Origin: Candidatus Undinarchaeota archaeon
GTDB taxonomy: Archaea; SpSt-1190; JASMDC01
Direction of reading: 5' to 3'
Assembly: GCA_964519305.1 (NCBI GenBank)
Contig: CAZFHY010000006.1
Span: forward strand, 32,001-96,000
Length of the DNA stretch: 64,000 nucleotides
In this document: one piece after another, positions 18,801 through 27,596 of the stretch
Numbering within the stretch: the first letter of the stretch is position 1
Layout: every line of letters begins with the position of its first letter
Position numbers and translations under genes: made by a program
The notes under the pieces: model-generated
Seen by the model: the letters and a program-made list of their open reading frames with translations, nothing else
What the model was told of the DNA's origin: nothing
Database searches by the model: none

Positions 18801-20118
18801 GGCCGAGCCTGATGACTTCGTGGGGAAGTACTGCTACGAGGTGGTCCACGGGACGAAGGAGCCGCCCAAGGAGTGCCCCCACAGCCACACGCTGGAGACG
18901 GGATCACCTGCCAACGCAGAGTTATTCGAGCCCAAACTGGGCCGCCACCTTGAGGTGTCCGTTTCCCCCATTTACGATGATAAGGGCAAGGTGTGCAGCA
19001 CGGTCCATGTAGCCCGTGATATCACGGAACGTGTGCAGGCTGAAGGTGCGCTGCGCGAGTCGGAAGAGCGTTACCGCACTCTTTTCGAAAGTGTACCTGT
19101 GGGCATCGGTATCGCCACCCGCGACGGCCGTACCATCGCTGGTAACAGCACGATCTGTTCCCTGATGGGCTACACCCTCGAGGAGCTTAAGCGGCGTTCC
19201 ATCACCGATGTCTATCGTAATCCTGATGATCGTCAACGGATAATGCGCCTCCTGTCGCAGGACGGGCACGTCAATGGTGAGGGGGTCGAGATGGTCCGCA
19301 AGGACGGATCGACCTTTATCGCATCCCTAACCGTAATGCCCTTCACCGCAGCGGGCGAGGACGTTAACTTCACGTTGATAGAGGATATCACCGAGCGAGT
19401 ACGCTCGGAAGAAAGGTTGCGATGGCAGCTCATGCGCTTCAGGCTCGATGAGGGGGGGACCTACCTCGTGAAGGAGAGCGCACCGACAGTCGCAATAGAG
19501 GCTTTCGCCGATCTCATGAAGGCCGGGCATCCTGGCCATGTCGTCTCACGGACACCATCCGTGGAGCACTCGCTGGACGTATCTACGCTCTCGAGCTTTA
19601 TGTGGCTGGCAGAGATAGAGGGTGAAGGAACCGTTCCACCCCGCGTCGATGTGCTCGTCTCCCGTCTTGACGCGCTCCCGGATAAGAGCGCAGTGCTCAT
19701 CGACCGGCTGGACTATCTGGCCTTGAAGAACGGTACGGACGCCACGCTCGGTTTCGTGCAGCACGTCCGTGAGCTGGCCTACCTGCGGCGCCACATAATC
19801 GTCCTCTCTCTAGACCCTGCTGCTGTGGACAAGCATCTCCTCCATCTACTTGAGAAGGAGACGCTGGAAGTGGAACGCCAGGTCGGCGGAGCGTTGGGCG
19901 AGGACCTGCTAGAGGTCCTCCGGTACATACGCCGGGAGAACATGACGGGGTTGAAGCCTTCTTACACCGAGGTCGCTGGTGGTGTAGGCCTTAGTCGCCC
20001 CACGGTCCTGGTGCGTATGAAACGGCTCGAGGCCGCAGGATATGTGGTGGTCCACAAGACCGGCCGTCGTAAGGCCGTGGAGCTCACCGAGCGGGGTCGA
20101 AGACTGTTCGAGCGCTGA
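15877..20118 (+). CDS. Signal protein: receiver domain, about 8 PAS domains, DUF835-like domain, C-terminal wHTH
   Basis: REC 'VLVVDD..DLIISDILMPVMDG..FILKP'. Repeated 'DITERK'-type PAC ends. 'SAVLIDRLDYLALKNG' DUF835-like. 'LSRPTVLVRMKRLEAAGYV..VELTERG' wHTH. No HisKA or HATPase motifs seen. Confidence 0.9.
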   Translation: MTMVSRNGSDRKEKKGGEKPGKGRTVLVVDDMKDNRLLLETVLKAKGYTVHLAANGEEALEGLSSHAVDLIISDILMPVMDGFQLCRACKDDKKLQGIPFVFYSATYTSEKDRDFALSLGAERFILKPAKPKVFLAAIEEVLAEHRDGTLVAGEGPTKEEGEILVLYNQRLINKLEDKMFELEDRNKLLESVFDHTHILVAYLDREFTIIRVNRAYADASGREPEYYSGKNLFEVLSDGTCEDVFRQVVTTGKPYFHTSHSFAFTEQKEGGMRYWDMGLIPIKNAEGSITHALLTLVEATERKSVNEELIVSKERYELCTRAGRVGVWDWDIVNGTFYLDPVIKDFLGYTDEEIPNELEKWVPYVHPDDSGPVMQAAQDCLDGKTPEYVYEHRMLHKDGSVRWVQVDGRVIRDEKGEPVRMLGTDTDITERRNAEEDVEYLSRFPEENPDPVLRISNKGIIIYSNEAGRKQILEPMGCRVGHPPKKQCVELISKATKGSKKGIFEIAIGDRLYSFVVAPVKGAGYTNLYAQDITERKKTEERLQEAFTIINRSASVAFTWRNMEGWPVEFVSDNVTALFGHSANDFLTGKVAYDKVVHPDDLARVAEEIATYSGEKDRTEFTHIPYRIISKDGTVRWVEDWTFIVRDAEGKVTHFKGIVTDITHRKRAEGELRRERDNLINMFESMRDGIYIVDKSHKIHYTNPVLVKEFGKYEGRKCYEYFHDRKRSCPWCKNKDVFAGKTVRWEWTSSKNKRTYDLIDTPMKGPDGQILKLEIFRDITDRKLAEGELERHRQHLEEMVAARTEELSEMGERFRQLFESSPDAVFVIGLTSNGKPGKFIEVNNVACERLGYTHEEMLALSPDDIHDRDVNWDLLPRMVKQIIASGQGVVRAVHVAKDGSRIPVEVRGSRIKLKGGSAIIAIARDVTDRERAEAVLRESAEEWKATFDAVDEMVFLQDRDMKIIRVNRAFAKGLGAEPDDFVGKYCYEVVHGTKEPPKECPHSHTLETGSPANAELFEPKLGRHLEVSVSPIYDDKGKVCSTVHVARDITERVQAEGALRESEERYRTLFESVPVGIGIATRDGRTIAGNSTICSLMGYTLEELKRRSITDVYRNPDDRQRIMRLLSQDGHVNGEGVEMVRKDGSTFIASLTVMPFTAAGEDVNFTLIEDITERVRSEERLRWQLMRFRLDEGGTYLVKESAPTVAIEAFADLMKAGHPGHVVSRTPSVEHSLDVSTLSSFMWLAEIEGEGTVPPRVDVLVSRLDALPDKSAVLIDRLDYLALKNGTDATLGFVQHVRELAYLRRHIIVLSLDPAAVDKHLLHLLEKETLEVERQVGGALGEDLLEVLRYIRRENMTGLKPSYTEVAGGVGLSRPTVLVRMKRLEAAGYVVVHKTGRRKAVELTERGRRLFER

Positions 20119-20120
20119 GG

Positions 20121-20168
20121 TTTACACGTTTTTACACGTTTCTTTACGTATATATAACGGGATGTAAA
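20121..20168. promoter_or_regulatory. Second TTTACA repeat cluster next to a TATA-like element
   Basis: TTTACACGTT twice, TTTACG, TATATATAA, and inverted TGTAAA at 20163. Confidence 0.45.
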
Positions 20169-20554
20169 GCCCTCTATATTACCGAGGGGTGCTTTCGTTC
20201 CATTTATTGGCACGTCGGCCGGTGGCTACCCAAACCCCAAGGAAGAGATGGAGAGTAATACGGTGGTCGCGTTCCAACAAACTTCATGCTATTGTGGTCC
20301 GGGCATGCACTGTTCAGAGGAAGGACACCCAAGGTTAAGCTGTCATGCCACCGCAGCACTTCCGAGACCTTTCACCCGATCGTTCTTCCAGACTGAAAGC
20401 TGTATGTCCGGGCCCAATTCTTCGCGGGAGGGGAGCATACCCCTTCCTGCCCCTTCTCCTCACTCATCGCACAGATCACATATCATGGTTTCCTCCATCT
20501 TTCTGAGCGCGAAGTGCCACCCGCGCCTATTGGAGGACGCGACCTACCCTTGTT

Positions 20555-20599
20555 GGGGGGGACGAGCTGCCACCCGTTCCCTCCCACCTTTTTTCTTTT
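20555..20599 (+). terminator. GC hairpin followed by T-tract
   Basis: GGGGGGGACG pairs with CGTTCCCTCC, then TTTTTTCTTTT. Confidence 0.4.
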
Positions 20600-20615
20600 C
20601 TGAGGAGGTATCCTG

Positions 20616-20696
20616 ATGTACATGCTAAGTGTTGTGATAGGCGGTGCTCTGGTGATCTACATATCGATCACTCAGTACCTCGCTTTCAAGGCGTGA
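20616..20696 (+). CDS. Small membrane peptide, 26 aa (MYMLSVVIGGALVIYISITQYLAFKA)
   Basis: Strong Shine-Dalgarno GAGGAGGT at 20602-20609 and a single hydrophobic helix. Below the ORF-track size cut-off. Confidence 0.55.
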   Translation: MYMLSVVIGGALVIYISITQYLAFKA

Positions 20697-20769
20697 ATCC
20701 GGGACCGAGCTCGCGCCCCCGCTCTCGTGAGCTTCCAAATAAATAGCTACGTGCCTTGAGAACTTTCAC

Positions 20770-21294
20770 GTGGAGCAGATGGCCGATCTCCCGGACGATG
20801 ATGCAAGCTCGCTCGTGCGGAAGAGCGACAGCGTCATCGCTGACAAGCTCGAGGAGGGGGAGAAGGTCATCGACAGTCTCGAGGACCGCGTATTCCTCAC
20901 GGACCGTCGCGTGCTACTCCGGGGCCATCCGCGCACGATCATCGGTGTGCTCGAGCGGCTCCGCTACGGGGAACTGGACGCTGAGCTCGAGCTGGGCCGC
21001 ATCGTGAGGATACGTTCAACCTCGGAGCGACCGTTCCTGTACATGGTGCTCACCGCCATCTCGATAACTCTGGCGATCATCAGCTGGGTCACCTCGCTCA
21101 CCGCCCTAGTCGGTATCGGTGTCCTGGTCGGGCTCGTCTTCCAATGCGCAGGGCTGATATTCCTGTACTTGTGGATCAGGGGGGGTCCCATACTCGTGAT
21201 CGAGGGAAGGGGGGTCCGCCTAAAGGCGCGGGACCTGGCCGCTGATCCGGTGGACTTCATCGAACAGGTCGAGGAGCGGAAGAAGCGACGGTGA
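20770..21294 (+). CDS. Hypothetical membrane protein (2 TM)
   Basis: 174-aa ORF, upstream AAATAAATA, two hydrophobic helices. Confidence 0.75.
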   Translation: MEQMADLPDDDASSLVRKSDSVIADKLEEGEKVIDSLEDRVFLTDRRVLLRGHPRTIIGVLERLRYGELDAELELGRIVRIRSTSERPFLYMVLTAISITLAIISWVTSLTALVGIGVLVGLVFQCAGLIFLYLWIRGGPILVIEGRGVRLKARDLAADPVDFIEQVEERKKRR

Positions 21295-21403
21295 TCGCTC
21301 CCCGGTCAGCTGGATACTGTTATAAACCATCCCACCTGAATGATTCAATACGGAGGGGTCCGGTATGTCCCGACCCCCTCCTATGTGCGGAGGCGGTTAC
21401 CCC

Positions 21404-24244
21404 ATGTCATCCTGGAACGTCCTATCAAGAAAGATAGTAATACGATCGATCGTGCTGCTTGTCATTGCCTGCATCCTGTTCGCGGACGCGACGGCCTTCT
21501 TCGGCTCAAGTGATCGGCGAGAAGGCAGGGGGAAGCGATGGAAGCGGTTCAATCCCGACGCCCGGCCGAGGACCTTCCGGAGGATGATGGAGCCGGATAC
21601 TGCGCGCGCCGTAGGTCTAGGAAAGAAGGGGGAGTGCCCCGAATGCCCCCCTCCCGAATGTCCCGAGAAGGAGTGTCCCACCTGCCCCGAGCCGGAGCCT
21701 TGCCCAGAATGCTCCCCTACCGTTACGTGCGGTACGGGCACCAACTTGGTGGGAGGTATATGTGTCCCATCCTATCCGGAAGTGAAATGCGGCAATGGCA
21801 CCACCTTGGTGGGTGGTGTATGCGTTGTGACAGCACCGCCGGTCAGCACCGGCGGGTTCGGCGATACGTGTACCGCGGATGCTAACTGTGGTGCGGGCAC
21901 GTACTGCAACACTGAGCTTGGCCTATGCGGCATGAGCGGTGGCGGCATGTGCAGCCCTTCGATGGGCGGCAGCATCGGTTCCCACCCCATCACGAATAAT
22001 TACGGCGTTCCGACCGGTGGTACATGCCCTGCCGGGTACCTCGTCATCGGTGGCGGCGGCGGTGTGGCGTGCTGTGCTACCTGGTCCAACTGCACGACAG
22101 CGCTCGATTGCTGCCTTAGCGACAGCGACTGCACGGGCGGCAAGAGCTGCGACCAGATCGGTATCGGTTATCCGGGCCGTTGCGTCCTCATAGGCGGGTT
22201 CGGCGATGCGTGCACCACTAACGCGGATTGCGGGAGTAGCACGTACTGCAACACTGAGCTTGGCCTATGCGGCATGAGCGGTGGCGGCATGTGCAGCCCT
22301 TCGATGGGCGGCAGCATCGGTTCCCACCCCATCACGAATAATTACGGCGTTCCGACCGGTGGTACATGCCCTGCCGGGTACCTCGTCATCGGTGGCGGCG
22401 GCGGTGTGGCGTGCTGTGCTACCTGGTCCAACTGCACGACAGCGCTCGATTGCTGCCTTAGCGACAGCGACTGCACGGGCGGCAAGAGCTGCGACCAGAT
22501 CGGTATCGGTTATCCGGGCCGTTGCGTCCTCATAGGCGGGTTCGGCGATGCGTGCACCACTAACGCGGATTGCGGGAGTAGCACGTACTGCAACACTGAG
22601 CTTGGCCTATGCGGCATGAGCGGTGGCGGCATGTGCAGCCCTTCGATGGGCGGCAGCATCGGTTCCCACCCCATCACGAATAATTACGGCGTTCCGACCG
22701 GTGGTACATGCCCTGCCGGGTACCTCGTCATCGGTGGCGGCGGCGGTGTGGCGTGCTGTGCTACCTGGTCCAACTGCACGACAGCGCTCGATTGCTGCCT
22801 TAGCGACAGCGACTGCACGGGCGGCAAGAGCTGCGACCAGATCGGTATCGGTTATCCGGGCCGTTGCGTCCTCATAGGCGGGTTCGGCGATGCGTGCACC
22901 ACTAACGCGGATTGCGGGAGTAGCACGTACTGCAACACTGAGCTTGGCCTATGCGGCATGAGCGGTGGCGGCATGTGCAGCCCTTCGATGGGCGGCAGCA
23001 TCGGTTCCCACCCCATCACGAATAATTACGGCGTTCCGACCGGTGGTACATGCCCTGCCGGGTACCTCGTCATCGGTGGCGGCGGTGGTGTAGCGTGCTG
23101 TGCTACCTGGTCCAACTGCACGACAGCGCTCGACTGTTGCCTTAGCGACAGCGACTGCACGGGCGGTAAGAGCTGCGACCAGATCGGTATCGGCTATCCG
23201 GGCCGTTGCGTCCTCGTGGGCGGATTCGGCGATGCGTGCACTACTAATGCGGATTGCGGGAGTAGCACGTACTGCAACACTGAGCTTGGCCTATGCGGCA
23301 TGAGCGGTGGCGGCATGTGCAGCCCTTCGATGGGCGGCAGCATCGGTTCCCACCCCATCACGAATAATTACGGCGTTCCGACCGGTGGTACATGCCCTGC
23401 CGGGTACCTCGTCATCGGTGGCGGCGGCGGTGTGGCGTGCTGTGCTACCTGGTCCAACTGCACGACAGCGCTCGATTGCTGCCTTAGCGACAGCGACTGC
23501 ACGGGCGGCAAGAGCTGCGACCAGATCGGTATCGGTTATCCGGGCCGTTGCGTCCTCATAGGCGGGTTCGGCGATGCGTGCACCACTAACGCGGATTGCG
23601 GGAGTAGCACGTACTGCAACACTGAGCTTGGCCTATGCGGCATGAGCGGTGGCGGCATGTGCAGCCCTTCGATGGGCGGCAGCATCGGTTCCCACCCCAT
23701 CACGAATAATTACGGCGTTCCGACCGGTGGTACATGCCCTGCCGGGTACCTCGTCATCGGTGGCGGCGGTGGTGTAGCGTGCTGTGCTACCTGGTCCAAC
23801 TGCACGACTGCGCTGGACTGCTGCCTTAGCGACAGCGACTGCACCGGCGGCAAGAGCTGCGATCAGATCGGTATCGGCTATCCCGGCCGGTGTGTTTTGG
23901 TCGGCGGTTTTGGTGATACGTGCACGTCCGATGCTAACTGTGGAGGCAGCACGTACTGCAACACGGGGCTTGGCCTCTGTGGTATGAGCGGTGGCGGCAT
24001 GTGCAGCCCGTCGATGGGCGGTAGCATCGGTTCCCACCCCATCACGAATAATTACGGCGTCCCGACCGGCGGGACATGCCCTGCCGGGTACCTCGTCATC
24101 GGCGGCGGTGGCGGTGTGGCGTGCTGTGCGACCTGGTCTGACTGCACCACAGCCCTTGATTGCTGTCTTAGCGACAGCGACTGCACGGGCGGCAAGAGCT
24201 GCGACCAGATCGGTATAGGTTATCCTGGCCGGTGTATCGATTAG
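21404..24244 (+). CDS. Secreted Cys/Gly-rich tandem-repeat protein
   Basis: Signal peptide (..IVIRSIVLLVIACILFADATA), CPEC-rich linker, then seven 114-aa repeats. Confidence 0.85.
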   Translation: MSSWNVLSRKIVIRSIVLLVIACILFADATAFFGSSDRREGRGKRWKRFNPDARPRTFRRMMEPDTARAVGLGKKGECPECPPPECPEKECPTCPEPEPCPECSPTVTCGTGTNLVGGICVPSYPEVKCGNGTTLVGGVCVVTAPPVSTGGFGDTCTADANCGAGTYCNTELGLCGMSGGGMCSPSMGGSIGSHPITNNYGVPTGGTCPAGYLVIGGGGGVACCATWSNCTTALDCCLSDSDCTGGKSCDQIGIGYPGRCVLIGGFGDACTTNADCGSSTYCNTELGLCGMSGGGMCSPSMGGSIGSHPITNNYGVPTGGTCPAGYLVIGGGGGVACCATWSNCTTALDCCLSDSDCTGGKSCDQIGIGYPGRCVLIGGFGDACTTNADCGSSTYCNTELGLCGMSGGGMCSPSMGGSIGSHPITNNYGVPTGGTCPAGYLVIGGGGGVACCATWSNCTTALDCCLSDSDCTGGKSCDQIGIGYPGRCVLIGGFGDACTTNADCGSSTYCNTELGLCGMSGGGMCSPSMGGSIGSHPITNNYGVPTGGTCPAGYLVIGGGGGVACCATWSNCTTALDCCLSDSDCTGGKSCDQIGIGYPGRCVLVGGFGDACTTNADCGSSTYCNTELGLCGMSGGGMCSPSMGGSIGSHPITNNYGVPTGGTCPAGYLVIGGGGGVACCATWSNCTTALDCCLSDSDCTGGKSCDQIGIGYPGRCVLIGGFGDACTTNADCGSSTYCNTELGLCGMSGGGMCSPSMGGSIGSHPITNNYGVPTGGTCPAGYLVIGGGGGVACCATWSNCTTALDCCLSDSDCTGGKSCDQIGIGYPGRCVLVGGFGDTCTSDANCGGSTYCNTGLGLCGMSGGGMCSPSMGGSIGSHPITNNYGVPTGGTCPAGYLVIGGGGGVACCATWSDCTTALDCCLSDSDCTGGKSCDQIGIGYPGRCID
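21851..24244 (+). repeat. Seven tandem 342-bp coding repeats
   Basis: Units start at about 21851, 22193, 22535, 22877, 23219, 23561 and 23903. Internal units are near-identical in nucleotide sequence. Confidence 0.95.
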
Positions 24245-24439
24245 GACCGTTCTCGATGTCAGTCCACCATCGGGTTTGCTCCAGTACCTAGAGGAATATG
24301 AACGCGTCCCGGACAGGATTCGTACTAATGGGGAGAACGGTAGGTATAATCGACAGCGGGCCGTACACATAGGGCCGTCCTCGCGGACCTCTGACGTCTT
24401 TTTATTAATTGGGCATCCACAGCGCCCCGGCGATCTCCC

Positions 24440-25297
24440 ATGGTCATCTATGTCAAGGACCTTAAATACACCTACCCCGGCGCTCACGAGCCCGCTCTGC
24501 AGGGCCTCGACTTCGCCATCGAGGAGGGGGAGATATTCGGGTTCCTCGGCCCCAATGGCGCCGGGAAGACAACCACCCAGAAAGTGCTCATCAACATATT
24601 CAAGGACTACAAGGGGAACGTGTCCATCAAGGGGAAGGACCTTCCCGACTGGGGCCCCGCTCTCTACGAGCGCATCGGGGTTTGCTTCGAGCTACCTGCC
24701 CTCTACACCAAGCTCACGGGAATGGAGAACCTCCGGTTCTTCTCGTCGTTCTACGAGGAAGGGACCGAGGACCTCGACGATCTCCTTGCCATGGTGGGGC
24801 TCGCCGACGCTGCTGACCGACGTGTGGGTGAGTACTCCAAGGGCATGAAGATGAAGCTGGAGTTCGCCCGGGCCTTCATTAACAAGCCCGAGATCCTGTT
24901 CCTGGACGAGCCCACCACCGGGCTGGACCCTATCAGCGCCCGCAGCATTAAGGACATCATCCTTGAGAAGAAGAAGGAGGGACGGACCATATTCCTCACC
25001 ACCCACAACATGAACGTCGCCGACGAGCTGTGCGACCGGGTGGCCCTCATCGCCGATGGTCAGCTCAAGCTCATTGGGAACCCCCGGGAGCTCAAGCTCG
25101 CGAAGGCCAGCCACGTGGTGCGGGTGGAGTACTTGGAGGGTAAGGAGGAGAAAGAGGCCGAGTTCCCCCTCAAGGGGCTCGGTACCAACAAGGACTTCCT
25201 CACCCTCCTCTCGGATAAGACGGTCCAGCGCATCTACACCGTGGAGCCCACCCTGGAGGAGATATTCATCGACACGACGGGAAGGAAGCTTACATGA
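24440..25297 (+). CDS. ABC exporter ATP-binding subunit (fluoroquinolone-export type)
   Basis: GPNGAGKTT Walker A, YSKGM signature, ILFLDEPT Walker B. Confidence 0.95.
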   Translation: MVIYVKDLKYTYPGAHEPALQGLDFAIEEGEIFGFLGPNGAGKTTTQKVLINIFKDYKGNVSIKGKDLPDWGPALYERIGVCFELPALYTKLTGMENLRFFSSFYEEGTEDLDDLLAMVGLADAADRRVGEYSKGMKMKLEFARAFINKPEILFLDEPTTGLDPISARSIKDIILEKKKEGRTIFLTTHNMNVADELCDRVALIADGQLKLIGNPRELKLAKASHVVRVEYLEGKEEKEAEFPLKGLGTNKDFLTLLSDKTVQRIYTVEPTLEEIFIDTTGRKLT

Positions 25298-26004
25298 CGG
25301 GGCTCGCTGATGTTGTGAAGTGGGACGTGCTCCTGCAGGTGCGGTACTACTTCTACCACGCCTACGCCCTCCTCGCCGCCTTCTACATATTCCTCCTCTA
25401 CGTCATGCCCGCGAGCATCAAGCCCTTTGCTGCGTTGCTTATCATCTTCAGCGATCCGTCGGTGCTAGGATTCGCTTTCCTGGGGGGACTGGTGCTCTTC
25501 GAGAAGCGCCAGGGCACCCTGGAGGCCATGACCGTGACCCCGCTGCGCATCCGCGACTATCTGATCTCGAAGGTAGTCTCCCTCACGGCGCTCGCCCTCG
25601 TCACGAGCCTCGTCATCGTGGTGGCGGGCTTCGGGACCGCCGTCAACTGGCCTATCCTGGCCGCAGGCGTGGTCCTCACCTCCATCATCTACGTGCTCAT
25701 CGGTGTGGTCGCAGTGGTGCGCTTTCGCACCCTCAACGAGTACTTCCTCTCGGCCTTGATCTACCTCGCCGTGCTGGAGGTTCCGCTCCTGGGGCTGTTC
25801 GGGATCTGGGAGCATCCGGTGTTCTACCTGTTCCCTGCCCAGGCGTCCATCATCCTCATCCGCGCGGCGTTTCAGGCGACCGCTCAGTGGCAGCTGGCGT
25901 ATGCGATCCTGTACCTTATGGTCTGGTGCGGGATTGCCTATAGGCTGGCCCACCACCAGTTCGTCAAACACATCGTCCAGGGAGCGGGGGGGAGCGCCCG
26001 ATGA
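25294..26004 (+). CDS. ABC-2 type permease (fluoroquinolone-export family)
   Basis: 'DPSVLGFAFLGGLVLFEKRQGTL' motif, multiple TM helices, ATGA overlap. Confidence 0.85.
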   Translation: MTGLADVVKWDVLLQVRYYFYHAYALLAAFYIFLLYVMPASIKPFAALLIIFSDPSVLGFAFLGGLVLFEKRQGTLEAMTVTPLRIRDYLISKVVSLTALALVTSLVIVVAGFGTAVNWPILAAGVVLTSIIYVLIGVVAVVRFRTLNEYFLSALIYLAVLEVPLLGLFGIWEHPVFYLFPAQASIILIRAAFQATAQWQLAYAILYLMVWCGIAYRLAHHQFVKHIVQGAGGSAR

Positions 26005-26714
26005 GCAGGTACAGCACCCTCCTGGCCTACGACCTGCGGAAGCTGAGCCGGGACTTCATCGTCATATATTCCGTGGTTGCCACCCTGATGATGGTCCTAC
26101 TGGTCAGATGGTTCGCCCCGCGGATCATCATCCCCGGGCTCGGGCCGCTGGCGCCCTACTACCCGGTCATCGTCGTCCTCATCGCCGTGGTCTACGGCCC
26201 CCTCGTGTACGGCTTCATCTCCGGGTTCATGCTCCTTGACGAGAAGGACGACAACGTGGCCATCGCCCTTCGGGTGCTCCCGTTGCCCCCGGAGACGTTC
26301 ATCACCTATCGCATGATCATCTCGGCCGTGGGTGCCTTCGTGTTCAGCACCTTCGCCCTGGTGGGCACCGGCCTCGTCCCCGTGCCGGCCCCGGCCGTAC
26401 TGGGTGCGGCCCTCCTCATCGCCACAGAGGGCCCCATGCTGGCCCTCTTCCTAGCCGCCACCGCCGGGAACAAGGTCGAGGGGATCGCCATCCTCAAGGT
26501 CCTGGGCATCCCGTTCATGCTCCCCCTGCTCAGCTTCTTCGTGACAGCCCCCTTGCACTATCCCCTGGCCATCCTCCCCATGTACTGGCCAACAAGGATC
26601 CTCTTCCTGGCCATGGAGGGGGCTGTATGGTGGCACCATTTCGCCATAGGTGCTGTGGTCCATGCCCTGTTCCTGCGGGAGTTCGTCCGGCGCTTTGCGA
26701 ACCGGGCGCTCTAG
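26001..26714 (+). CDS. ABC-2 type permease, second subunit
   Basis: 'GFMLLDEKDD' and 'AGNKVEGIA' motifs, ATGA overlap. Confidence 0.85.
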   Translation: MSRYSTLLAYDLRKLSRDFIVIYSVVATLMMVLLVRWFAPRIIIPGLGPLAPYYPVIVVLIAVVYGPLVYGFISGFMLLDEKDDNVAIALRVLPLPPETFITYRMIISAVGAFVFSTFALVGTGLVPVPAPAVLGAALLIATEGPMLALFLAATAGNKVEGIAILKVLGIPFMLPLLSFFVTAPLHYPLAILPMYWPTRILFLAMEGAVWWHHFAIGAVVHALFLREFVRRFANRAL

Positions 26715-26751
26715 TGCTGCGTGAACGCACCGCTAACTAGGGAGAAAAACG

Positions 26752-26824
26752 CGCCCTGGACAGGATTTGAACCTGCGACCTGCAGATTAACAGTCTGCCG
26801 CTCTACCTACTAAGCTACCAGGGC
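26752..26824 (-). tRNA. tRNA-Asn(GTT), no intron, CCA not encoded
   Basis: GCCCTGG/CCAGGGC acceptor stem, GCAGA-CTGTTAA-TCTGC anticodon arm, GGTTCAAATCC T-arm. BRE/TATA (CGAAAGG TTTAAAA) upstream. Confidence 0.97.
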
Positions 26825-26886
26825 TCTTTTCCAGCAGGCCGCTTTTCTTTTTTTAAACCTTTCGACACCCGTCCTATCGTATCCTT

Positions 26887-27558
26887 ATGGCCGATGCCAG
26901 CATCGCGCACAGGCCCCTGTCCGAGGACGTCCAGGAGCTGCTCAATTCTTTCGGTGGAAAGGACATACCGGTGTCAGCGCTCATGGAGCGCATCGAGGAC
27001 CGGGGATTCGGTTTCATCCTCATGCTTGTGGCGCTCCCCTCCGGTCTGCCCATCCCTGCCGCTGGTTACTCCATACCATTCGGCCTCGTGATAATCCTCC
27101 TGGGCCTCCAGCTCATAACGGGGCGGCATGTCCCCTGGATCCCGGCCTTCCTGCGCAAGAAGAGCATCCCCCACTCTTTCGTGACCTCCTTCCTTGAGAA
27201 GGGCATAGGTGTGCTGCGCTTCACAGAAAGGTTCACTCGCCCCCGGTTCACCGTCCTCACGACCAACCACCTCTTCCGGTCGTTCTTCTCGCTGTTCATC
27301 ATGCTCATGGGCACGAGCATGCTCATCCCCATCCCGCTCACAAACACCGCTCCCGCCTTCTCGGTTTTCGTCATGGGGCTCGGGCTGCTCTACGCCGACG
27401 GTCTGGTCATGGCGGCAGGGTTCTGCTGCTCGCTCATCGCGGGCACGATCTCCCTTTCAGTGCTCTATTTCACCTACTATATCGGACTTGAGGTTGGGCA
27501 TTCCCTGGTAGGGTTCGTGCGCTACCTGCTGGGGCTCGGTCCGGCGCCGTGGGCATAG
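26887..27558 (+). CDS. exoD: ExoD family membrane protein
   Basis: 'RGFGFILMLVALPSGLPIP', 'PWIP' and 'LIPIPLTNTAPA' ExoD motifs. Confidence 0.85.
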   Translation: MADASIAHRPLSEDVQELLNSFGGKDIPVSALMERIEDRGFGFILMLVALPSGLPIPAAGYSIPFGLVIILLGLQLITGRHVPWIPAFLRKKSIPHSFVTSFLEKGIGVLRFTERFTRPRFTVLTTNHLFRSFFSLFIMLMGTSMLIPIPLTNTAPAFSVFVMGLGLLYADGLVMAAGFCCSLIAGTISLSVLYFTYYIGLEVGHSLVGFVRYLLGLGPAPWA

Positions 27559-27596
27559 TAAAAGCCCTTAAACCTTGAGCGTCCCCTTTCTTCCCC

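Noticed and set aside
20170-20600. RNase P or SRP RNA
   Set aside because: The GAGGAAAGTCC and CAGG-GNRA-AGCA signatures are not properly matched on either strand.
20248-20616. 122-aa ORF
   Set aside because: Atypical composition, and it runs through a hairpin/T-tract; probably spurious.
21851-24244. CRISPR array or DGR template/variable repeats
   Set aside because: Units are 342-bp in-frame coding repeats without spacers. Differences are not adenine-specific, and no cas or reverse-transcriptase gene is present.
26752-26824. Integrated island at tRNA-Asn (and likewise at tRNA-Leu)
   Set aside because: I saw no duplicated tRNA 3' end and no integrase in the window.
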